This document shows, in pieces, positions 9,192 through 18,054 of a stretch of 64,000 nt of DNA. The notes under the pieces were generated by a model. It searched no databases. It was not told the DNA's origin and saw only the letters and a program-made list of their open reading frames with translations. Each line of letters opens with the position of its first letter. Positions within the stretch are counted from its first letter, which is position 1. Both the position numbers and the translations under genes were made by a program. The DNA is from an uncultured delta proteobacterium (lineage in GTDB: Bacteria; Myxococcota_A; Polyangia; Polyangiales; Polyangiaceae): positions 96,001-160,000 of the forward strand of contig CAWDXG010000004.1 of the NCBI GenBank assembly GCA_963806225.1, given 5' to 3'.

Positions 9192-10851
9192 TCAGAGCGC
9201 GAGCGTCGCGGGCGAGAGCTTCTTGACGAAAATGGCGTGCACGTCGACGGACAGGGCGCTCTCGCGGACGAATAGCTCGCCGCCCGGCAGGTCCGCGAAA
9301 GGCGTGTAGTAGCCGACGACGCTGCCGGTCTCGTGTCCGCCTGCGTCCACGGTGGTCACCTCGGTCAGCTCGCCCATCGCCGGCGTGTCGAGATCGACCG
9401 GGACGCCCCACTCGAGCGATCCGTCGGGCTCGACGATCGCCACGCGGAAGCGACCGGGCGCACGGGCCGCGTCGGGCGGCGGGATGATGTAGCCGTGGGA
9501 GTTGACGTAGGAGATCCGGTCGAAGATAGCGCTGTAGTTGTAGTCGCTGATCCAGGCGGGCTGGCAATAGCCCATCATGTCCTTGTACTGGTTCAGGTTC
9601 TTCAGCTGGTGGCCGAGGATGTCCCAGCCCCAGCTGCCGATGATGCCCCCGTTGTACGGGTAGCCCGGGTCCACGCCCTGCAGCTGTCCACCCGCCGGTA
9701 CGCACGGCGCGTGGTTGCGGCCGAGGGCGTGGCCGAGCTCGTGCGCCATCGTGGTCTGCGAATCGCCGCTCGCGCCGCCCGCGCTGCCCTGCGGGAAGAA
9801 GCCGAGCCCGATCGAGCCGCGCTGGTAGACGTCGTTCGGGCTGGGCACGGATCCGAGCCCGGCGACGCATCCGTATCCGCAGTACTGCTGCATCGACTGC
9901 GTCGGAGTGAGCACGCCGTAGTAGTAGACCGTGCCCGGGACGTTCTGATCCTGTTGGCGCAGCGACTGCAGTGCCTGCAGCGCGTTGCTCCAGCCGCTCC
10001 CGTTCGCGGACACGGTGCCGCCATAGTTGAAGGCCTGGCGCACGTTGATCTCGACGTTCGTGATTGGATAGAGCTGCATCAGCCGGTCGTGGTAGGCCTT
10101 GACGCGCGCGGTGCTCGTGTCCGGGTGGACGCCGTTCATGACCATCGGCACCAGCAGCACCTTGAACGTGCCGTTGGCGCTCTTCGCTCCGAGGTTCTGC
10201 GTGCCCGAAGCGGGAAAACGCGCGCCCTGTGTGCTGCCCTGCCCGTCTGCCGCTGGCCTCCAGCAAGGGACACCGCGTACTTCGTGTCGCCCTTGATCTC
10301 CTCGGCGGGCACCTCGAAGTTGAACGTGCTGCCGAGATTGCCGTCGGTCGACGCAGCGCCGATGGTCTTCTTGATCTGCTGCGCCTTTTCGCCCGATAGC
10401 TCGAGCTGGGCGACGATGTCGCGCGACTTGAAGCCCGAGGCCGGCGTCACGAACACCCGGACCATCGCGGGGCGGTTCTGCACGACGGGCGCGTTGCGGT
10501 TCCCACCGCGCTGCCCTGCTTCATGATCGGGATCTCGACGCCCTGGTAGACCGAGATCTGCTGATGCTGAGAGCCCCGCCGCGAGCGGGCCCGTCTGGGC
10601 GCCCCCGCCGCTGCCTCCCGAGCCGCCGGAACCGGAAATCCCACAGGCTGGCTTGCACTGCGCCTCGTCGCCGGTGGTGCAGCACACAGAGCGCCTAGCA
10701 GCCGCTGCACTGCTTGCAGTCGGGATGCCTTGGTGCAGCCGGCCTGGCCGTAGTTGCCCCCGACGCCGCCGCCGCCAGCTCCGCCCGATCCCGAGGAGGC
10801 ACACGCACAGAACAACACCCCCATTGCGGAAAGCAGCAACCAACGAAGCAT
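9192..10851 (-). CDS. Secreted zinc metalloprotease lipoprotein (M66-like metzincin), several frameshifts in 10260-10750
   Basis: HELGHALGRNH (HExxHxxGxxH) and Met-turn DMMGYC; N-terminal signal/lipobox FCAC with a Gly linker; the ISVYQGV...VVQNRPAMVRVFV segment is split across frames. Confidence 0.8.
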
Positions 10852-10928
10852 TACGCTTCCATCTTTGATCATGCCGCGCGCAGAGTCACACCCTCCGTCG
10901 CGCGTGCCATGTGGGTAGATGTGCGCTC

Positions 10929-12269
10929 TCAAGCGAGCGGCGGCGCGCAGTCGAGGCCGGAAGCGCCATCCACCGACGACCAGAAGCGCGCATACGCGCT
11001 CCGCTCGGGGCCGGTCGGTTCGTAGCCGTCGCGCCACGCCGACTCGAGCTGTTCGGCTTCGTCGAAGGCCTGGACGCTGTGGGCCAGGCGCTCGTCGGCG
11101 CTGCCGCTCCGGCGAGCTCCAGCGCAGCGTCCGAGAGCGCGTCCTCCAGCTCGATCGCGGACCGGCGAGAACGCGGCAAGGAAGGCCGGAAGATCGGCGA
11201 GCGCGCCGCGATGCAGGAGCTCGTGGCGCCACCAGAGCGTGGCCGGCGTCGAAGCGATCGCCCGGCGTCGGGCCGAGGTCCGGCAGCCCGGCGTCGAGCC
11301 AAACCGGCTTGAACACCGACGTGCACGGCGCCGCGGTGCCGGTAGCGAAGTGCGTGCGTGCCCGAGCGGCCGAGATGGCTGACGAGCGACGCGGTGGTCT
11401 GCCCGGCGCGGCGCGTCGGCCACCACGAAGCGTGCGCGCACACCGTCATCAGCACGCCGCGACGCGCGAGCTCGGGACGATCGTGCGGGCCGTGCTGGCG
11501 CAGGGCGCTCATCGCATCGCGCGCCTCGAGCCGCCCGGCGCGTCGGCGAGAGGTAGCTCTGGCTGCATCGCCGGCGGCGCGCAGCGGCGGCTCCACGCGT
11601 CATCAGCGGATCGGCAAACGTGCTCGCGAAGTCGAACGCTCCCCTGCCCCGCAGCAGCCCCTGATCGCGCGCATAGGCTTCGAGGTGTGCCGAACCGCGA
11701 TCCCAGCGATCGCGGATCGTCAGGCCATTGGAGATCGAGCGGATGCCGCTCACGCGCTCCGCGACCCACGCGCGCCCGGCCGTCTCGAGCACCCAGGCGT
11801 CTTCCGGGTCGGCCAGGATGAAGCTGTTGTCGTAGCGCATGCCGGTGTCGCGGTAGCCCGCGGGCCCGCCCTGGCCGTGCTCTTCCAGTAGCGCCCCGAG
11901 CACCTCGACGCCTTGCTGCGCGGTGTCCGCCCGCTCCAGCGCGAGCCTCAGCATGTCCATCCCGAGCAGACCGACGCCCTGCTGCGGCGTGCGCGTGAAC
12001 ACCGCTTCGTTGCCGATCACGAGCCCGCGTTCGTTCGCGCCCATCTCCGCTCCCCACATCCAGTGCGGTCGCGAGAGCAGTACGGCGTGCGTTCGGCTAG
12101 CCTGGGGGATCTCGATGTACGTGCAGCGCACGCGGGCGCCGGCCTCGTGATCCTGTGCGGCGACGAGCTCCAGCGCCTGCGCCTCGCCCGGCTCGCGGTC
12201 GCTGTTCTTCGCGAACAGCACGCTCCCGTCGGCCGTTGCCGGGCCCACCGCCACCAAGGTGTCGCACAT
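10929..12269 (-). CDS. C69 family dipeptidase (secernin-like), frameshifted in the 3' half
   Basis: N-terminal MCDTLVA...LFAKNSDREPGEAQ, WMWGAEMGANE, GNEAVF, TVCAHA and VFKP motifs. Confidence 0.88.
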   Translation of the reverse strand: MCDTLVAVGPATADGSVLFAKNSDREPGEAQALELVAAQDHEAGARVRCTYIEIPQASRTHAVLLSRPHWMWGAEMGANERGLVIGNEAVFTRTPQQGVGLLGMDMLRLALERADTAQQGVEVLGALLEEHGQGGPAGYRDTGMRYDNSFILADPEDAWVLETAGRAWVAERVSGIRSISNGLTIRDRWDRGSAHLEAYARDQGLLRGRGAFDFASTFADPLMTRGAAAARRRRCSQSYLSPTRRAARGARCDERPAPARPARSSRARASRRADDGVRARFVVADAPRRADHRVARQPSRPLGHARTSLPAPRRRARRCSSRFGSTPGCRTSARRRAIASTPATLWWRHELLHRGALADLPAFLAAFSPVRDRAGGRALGRCAGARRSGSADERLAHSVQAFDEAEQLESAWRDGYEPTGPERSAYARFWSSVDGASGLDCAPPLA

Positions 12270-12424
12270 GCGCCGGCAGCGTAGCGCGCGACCGCGGACG
12301 GGCGTCCACGGAGACGGGCCGGGCGGGGGCTGGCTGGACGGCGCCCGGCGTTCTGCGGCTGCCAGGACTCGCCATTTCCTGTGGGATTCCGGGGCCTGCG
12401 GAGCCGTGGCCAGTCCGGGCAATC

Positions 12425-12453
12425 TTGACAAACCCGATGTGAGAAAGCATATC
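12425..12453 (+). promoter_or_regulatory. Putative sigma70 promoter of the Rrf2-cysteine operon
   Basis: TTGACA-N17-CATATC ending 8 nt before GTG 12462. Confidence 0.45.
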
Positions 12454-12461
12454 CCCCGGGC

Positions 12462-12923
12462 GTGAAGCTCTCGAACAAAGGCCGCTACGCCGTCCGCGCC
12501 CTGTTCGACATCGCCTTCTACAACGAAGGCCGTCCGACGCAGGTCAAGGACATCGCCGAGCGGCAGGGGATCCCGCCCCGCTTCCTCGAGCAGATCTTCC
12601 AGGATCTGAAACGGGCGTCCATCGTGGGGTCGAAGCGCGGGCCGCAGGGTGGCTACAGCCTGGCGCGGGGCGCGACGGAGATCCGGCTCGGCGACGTCGT
12701 GCGCGCGCTCGAGGGGCCGATCGTGCTCGGCGAGCGGCGAGCATCGGGCAAGCAGCCGCGCGGCGGCGGCGAGTCGCGGCGCGTCACCGAGGCCGTGTTC
12801 CGTGATCTGTCGACGCGGGTCCAGGAGTGCTTCGATTCGGTCACGATTGCGGACATCTGCACGCGCGCGGAGCAGCTGGGGCTGCGCCGCCCGGGGTCCC
12901 AGCGCTATGTCTACGTCATCTGA
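12462..12923 (+). CDS. Rrf2 family transcriptional regulator (CymR/IscR-like)
   Basis: MKLSNKGRYAVRAL, FLEQIF..LK, SKRGPQGGYSLAR, ALEGP; lacks the IscR three-Cys motif. Confidence 0.93.
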   Translation: MKLSNKGRYAVRALFDIAFYNEGRPTQVKDIAERQGIPPRFLEQIFQDLKRASIVGSKRGPQGGYSLARGATEIRLGDVVRALEGPIVLGERRASGKQPRGGGESRRVTEAVFRDLSTRVQECFDSVTIADICTRAEQLGLRRPGSQRYVYVI

Positions 12924-13889
12924 TCGCGGACTGCCGCCGCTGGCCGGGCATCCGCTCGTCTACGAGTCCACGCTCGATCTGATCGCGGACACGCCGCTCG
13001 TCGAGATCCGTCGGCTGGAACGCGACGCTCCGCGCGCGCGCGTATTCGGCAAGATGGAGGCGGCCAATCCAGGCGGCTCGGTCAAGGACCGCATCTGCCT
13101 GTGGATGATCGAGCGGGCGGAAGAGCAGGGCCAGCTCGGTCCGGGCGGCGTGGTGGTCGAGCCCACCAGCGGCAACACCGGGCATCGGGCTGGCACTGGT
13201 CTGCGCCAGGCGCGGCTATCGCTGCATCCTGACCATGCCTGAAAGCATGAGCCTCGAGCGACGGCAGCTGCTCGAGTCGTTCGGCGCCGAGCTCGTCCTC
13301 ACGCCCGAGGACGGGCAGATGGAGGGCGCCATCGCGCGTGCGCGGGAGATCGCCGCGGAGACGCCCGGCAGCTTCATGCCCCAGCAGTTCGACAACACGG
13401 CCAATCCCGACGCGCACGCGGCCACGACCGCGGAGGAGATCTTCCATTCGATGGAGGATCTGTCGATCGACGCTTTCGTCGCGGCGGTCGGCACGGGTGG
13501 CACCGTGAGCGGCGTGGGGCGAGTGCTGCGCCGCGAGCGGCCCGGGCTGCCGCGTGATCGCCGTGGAGCCCGAGAGCTGCGCCACGATCTCGCGCGGCGA
13601 GCGCGGGCCGTCGAAGATCCAGGGCATCGCCGCCGGCTTCGTGCCGCGCAACTACGACCCGGAGGTGCCGCACGAGGTGCGCACGGTCAGCGACGAACGC
13701 GCCTACCGGACCAAGATCGATGCTGGCCCGCCGCGAAGGCCTGCTCGTGGGTATCAGCGCGGGCGCGAACGTCAGCCGTCGCGCTGGACGTGGCGCGTGA
13801 GCTGGGCGAAGGAAAGAACGTCGTCACCATCCTGTGTGACACCGGCGAACGCTATTTCAGCCTCGATGAGTACTTCCAGCGACAAATGA
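12907..13889 (+). CDS. cysK: Cysteine synthase A (O-acetylserine sulfhydrylase), several frameshifts
   Basis: [13 protein letters not shown] (PLP lysine), [25 protein letters not shown] and CDTGERYFS motifs. Confidence 0.88.
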
Positions 13890-14620
13890 GCCGGTCGCCG
13901 AGCGCGAGTGCGCTGGTCGTGGGCGTCGGGGGTCTCGGCTGCCCGGCGGCCTTTTCGTTGGTCCAGGCCGGAGTCGGCCGAGTGGTGCTGGCCGACGATG
14001 ATCGGGTCGACGAGACGAATCTGCACCGGCAGATCCTGTTCGACGAGCAGGACGTGGGACAGGACAAGCTCGACGCCGCCGAGCGCGCGCTTTCGCGCTA
14101 CGTCGCGCCGGGGCAGAGCATCGAGCTTGTGCGCTCGCGCTTTCTGCCGGACAACGCGCGCGAGCTCGCCCGTTCGGTCGATGTCGTGGTGGAGGGCGCC
14201 GACAACTTCGCGACCAAGTTCCTGGCAGCCGACGCCTGCCGTCTGGAACGACGCCCCGTGATCCACGGATCGGGCGTGCGCTGGGTGGCCACGGCGTGGT
14301 CCGTCGCTCCGGGCGGCCGGCCCTGCTACCGCTGCCTGTTCGAGGACCTTCCCGGCGGCACGCCGCGCCGAACTGCGCCGAGGCCGGCGTGATGGGCCCG
14401 GTCGTCGGCATCGCCGGGCGCACTGATGGCCGATCTCGCGCTTTCGGTGCTGTCGGGTGATGCGGAGCGCTTCGGCCGGATCTACACCTTCGATGGGAGG
14501 ACCGACCGGCTCAGGGCCGTGGAGGTGGCGCCGCGCACGGAGTGTCCGCTGTGCGGCGCCGAGCCGCGCATACAGGACATCGACGAGTCGCGGTATCTAG
14601 CCCCGGGCTGTGCCGCCTGA
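13886..14620 (+). CDS. moeB: HesA/MoeB/ThiF family adenylyltransferase (E1-like) lacking the N-terminal RYxRQ helix and any rhodanese domain; frameshifts near 14365 and 14420
   Basis: [39 protein letters not shown] and CPLC motifs; ATGA overlap with the cysK stop. Confidence 0.85.
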
Positions 14621-14677
14621 ACGACGTAGGCGTTCCGTCCCCAGGGCGATGCGCCACTGAACGACAAGGAGAGCAGG

Positions 14678-14956
14678 ATGGACATCATCGTTCGCATTCC
14701 GACGCCGCTGCGCACCCTCACCGGTGGCAGCGAGCAGGTCAACGCCAAGGGCGAGACGGTCAAGGACGTCATCGAGGATCTGGAGCAGAACCATCCCGGC
14801 ATGCGGGACCGGTTGCTGGACGACAAGGGCGTGCGCCGCTTCGTGAACATCTACGTGGGCGACGAGGACATCCGATTCCTGGACGGACTCGAGACGAAGC
14901 TGAAGAGCGGCGACGAGATCAGCATCGTGCCCGCGATTGCGGGAGGCGCCGGCTGA
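14678..14956 (+). CDS. cysO: MoaD/ThiS/CysO family ubiquitin-like sulfur carrier
   Basis: VRIPTPLR.LTGG...RFVNIYV.DEDIRFL.GL.T...GDEISIVPAIAGG-AG; RBS AAGGAGAG. Confidence 0.9.
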   Translation: MDIIVRIPTPLRTLTGGSEQVNAKGETVKDVIEDLEQNHPGMRDRLLDDKGVRRFVNIYVGDEDIRFLDGLETKLKSGDEISIVPAIAGGAG

Positions 14957-14961
14957 CGGCG

Positions 14962-15253
14962 ATGTTCGGCGAGGATCGCTACACGCGCCAGCGTCGCCTG
15001 CAGCGAAGTGGGCGACGCCGGCCAGGCGCGCATCGCGGGCTCCCGGCTCGAGGTGAGCGACAGCGACGGTGCGCTCGTCGAGGCGATGTACCTCACCGCG
15101 CAGGCGTCGAGCGTGTCTCCATCACGCCGCGCGCCGGCGCCGAGCCATTCGCCCACGCGGGGGTGTTCCATTTCCCGGCGACGCAGGAGCGCGGGCGCGG
15201 GCGCCTGGCGCGCGCTCGAAAAGCTCCGGGGCGTGCTGGAAGGCGGAACATGA
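14962..15253 (+). CDS. Small (about 95 aa) degenerate ThiF/MoeB-like protein carrying the RYxRQ motif; frameshifted
   Basis: Stitched frames give MFGEDRYTRQRRL.EVGDAGQARIAGSRLEV...EAMYL.RAGVERVSI...GAWRALEKLRGVLEGGT; no GxGxxG; ATGA overlap with cysM. Confidence 0.7.
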
Positions 15254-16201
15254 GCCGGCGGCTGGTGCGCTGTCGGCGGCTGCCGTCGGTGATCGACGCG
15301 ATCGGCAACACGCCGCTGCTCAGGCTCGAGCGCGTGGCACGCTCGGCGCCCGGCGTGGAGGTCTACGTCAAGCTCGAGTTCGCCAATCCCGGCGGCTCGG
15401 TGAAGGACCGTCCTGCCCTGCGCATCATCCAGGACGCCATCGCCGACGGCCGACTTGACGGAGGACCGCATCCTGATCGACGCGACCAGCGGCAACACCG
15501 GCGTGGCGTACTCGCTGGTCGGCGCGGCGCTGGGCTATCGCGTCCAGCTGGTGATGCCGGCGAACGTGACCAAGGCGCGCAAGGATATCACGCAGGCGTT
15601 CGGCACCGAGCTCGTCTACAGCGATCCGATGGAGGGCTCCGACGGCGCGATCAAGGTCGTGCAGAAGCTCGTCGCGGAAAATCCCGACCGCTATTTCTAC
15701 GCCGACCAGTACTCGAACCCTTCGAATCCCCTCGCCCACTACCACGGTACGGGCGTGGAGATCCTCGAAGCGCTCGGCGACCGCATCACGCATTTCGTCG
15801 CGGGGCTCGGCACCAGCGGCACGGTGATGGGCACGACGCGCCGGCTGCACGAGCACACCCGGCCCGTCCACTGCGTGGCGGTGGAACCTGCCGAGGCGCT
15901 GCACGGGCTCGAAGGCCTGAAGCACATGGAGTCGAGCATCGTGCCGGCCATCTTCGACCCGTCGGTGCCGGACGAGATCATGCGGGTCGGTACGGAGGAC
16001 GGCTGGGACATGGCCGACCGGGTCGCTGCAGAGGAGGGCCTGCACGTCGGTCATTCGACGGGCGCGAACATCTTCGCCGCAGTGAAGCTCGCCGAGCGGC
16101 TGTCACGAGAGGGACGCGGCGGCTGCGTGGTCACGGTGGCCTGCGATCGCGGCGATCGCTACTTTGCGCCGATGAAGTGGGAACGGCGCTACGTCTGGTA
16201 G
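15250..16201 (+). CDS. cysM: PLP-dependent cysteine synthase, CysM type (likely sulfur-carrier dependent); frameshift near 15455
   Basis: [46 protein letters not shown] and CDRGDRY motifs. Confidence 0.88.
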
Positions 16202-16210
16202 AGAGGCCCG

Positions 16211-16723
16211 ATGACGAAACCCGCGTGGACGACCGGCAATATCCGCATCCCGCGTTCGTGCTGGCCGAGGTGGAGCGGGCGGCGCGCGAGGCCTACGCGC
16301 GCGACGAGGAGGCGTGCGGCTATCTCGAAGGACCGGCCGAGGACGAGCTGCTGGTGGACCGCGCCATCGAGCTCGAGAACCTGGCCAACAAGTACCACGA
16401 GGTCGATCCCGAAGGTCATCCGCGCACCGGGCGCGAGTACTTCAAGATCAACGCGTTGAAGTTCGAACGCGCGATCGAAGCCGGGCGGACAGCAGAATCG
16501 GCCGGTCAAGGTCTTCTTCCACTCCCACCTCGACTGCGGCGCGTACTTCAGCGACGAGGACGCCGCGAGCATGACGATGGGCGGCCGCGGCGAGCCGTCG
16601 CACGATCTGGCCTATCTGGTGACGGCGGTCGACCGCGGCGAGGTCACTGCGCATCGGCTGTTCGTGTGGGACGCGGCCGGGCGGAGCTTCGTGGAAGCAC
16701 CGCTCCACCCGTTCGACGAGTGA
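16211..16723 (+). CDS. JAMM/MPN (M67) metallopeptidase, CysO-cysteine peptidase Mec-like; frameshifts near 16255 and 16495
   Basis: EEACGYL (catalytic Glu) and FFHSHLDCGAYFSDED (HxHx7Sx2D JAMM motif). Confidence 0.88.
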
Positions 16724-16751
16724 CGCCGTGCGGATTGGCAAGGGACCGGGA

Positions 16752-18054
16752 GTGCTACCGCCGAGCCGGCTCGCGGTGTGTCTGCTGGTCGCGCTTTCGG
16801 CCTTCTTGAACGCCGCCCCGGCGCGGGCCGACCTCGACAGCGACGTGACGCGCCTGGCCGCGGCCTGGAGGGCCCGGGAAGCGGAGGTGCGCGGGTACCC
16901 GCCGCACCTGCTCGAGCGCGGCGAGACGAAGCTGCTCTTTTTGCCGGAAGAAGCCACTTCCTCCAAGCTTCCTGGCTGCACCACGGTGGCGGTGCTGGGC
17001 GCGGTGTCGACCAGCTTCGTGTTGCGCTTCGCTCCGCCCCGGCGTCGCTCCCAGCGCTCGGGCGGTGAATGGCCGCGCGTCGCCGTTGCAGGGATTGCGG
17101 AAGTCACGCGCTGCGGGGACACGCGCGGGTCGCTGTCGCGCCTGGTGGTCGAGATGCGTTCACCGCGCGCCGTGCTGGAGGTTGTCGTCGCGCGTTCCCT
17201 GGCGCCGCTGTCGGCTGTCGACGCCGTCCTTCCGCAGCGCAACCCGGGGCCCGTCGCCCAACCGATTGCCTCCGGGCCGCGACCGATGCTCGGACCGCTC
17301 AGTGTGCGGGCCAAGGCCATCGAGGCCGCCGCGCGGCGGCGGGGCGCCGTGTTCCAGTGAGCGGCGGCTCATGACAGCCGACGGCGACGGTGCCGGCGAG
17401 AAGGATCTGGTGCTCGACGAAGGCTGTCACCGCATCGATCTGCTCGGGCCAACGCTCGCCACGAGCGCGCGCCCGCCGGACATCGACGCGATGATCGTGG
17501 ATCGTGCCACTTCGGCCCCGCTCGCCAGCGACCGCACCGAGAGTGCGGACGCCACTCTGGAGCTCTGCGTGGGACACCGCGCGGCCGTACAGCTGCACTT
17601 CGCCGGCGCACCGGCGCGCGAACAGCGGTCACGATGCTGCACGCGCGCACGCCGTTGCCGACTGGATTGCCGGAGTACTGGGGGCCGCAGGCTCGCGGAC
17701 ACATGGCGGAGGCTCTGCGCGCCCACCGCCTGCGCTCGCTCGGCGGCTCTCCGGTCTACGACTCACTGGGTGTCGTGCGGGGTCACTGCGCTGCCCGTAC
17801 GGGTGGAGCCCGGCGCCTGCTACGTAGCGGCGGTCGCGGCCCTCCGGGGCGACGAGCAGGGACTGGCTCTCGCGGCCTCGGCCGGCACCGAGGACCACCA
17901 GAACCAGACCGATGCCAGCGGGACGGCGCTGGCCTTCTGCGCGAGAGCGAGCACGACCGCGCTAATCGAGATCGACGCGCGCGGGCACGGGCTCGTCTGG
18001 CTTTTCGCGCTGTGGCAGACCGGACGCGTGCCGATCGGAGGCGCGTCACTGTGA
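16752..18054 (+). CDS. Secreted hypothetical protein with repeated disulfide-bracketed beta domains; frameshifted
   Basis: Signal peptide (..APARA-D); repeats such as LDEGCHRIDLLG...DIDAMIVD...LASD...LELC and VEPGACYVAAVAA...LAFC; GTGA overlap with the next gene. Confidence 0.65.

Noticed and set aside
13235..14392. CysK-MoeB fusion protein suggested by the ORF track
   Set aside because: Removing one base gives CysK ending YFSDK* with an ATGA overlap onto moeB, and the block is rich in indels. It cannot be fully excluded without reads.
13886..16723. E1/Ubl/JAMM as an antiphage ubiquitin-like system (CBASS type II, Bil)
   Set aside because: There is no E2, CD-NTase or effector, and the flanking cysK, cysM and rrf2 point to sulfur metabolism.
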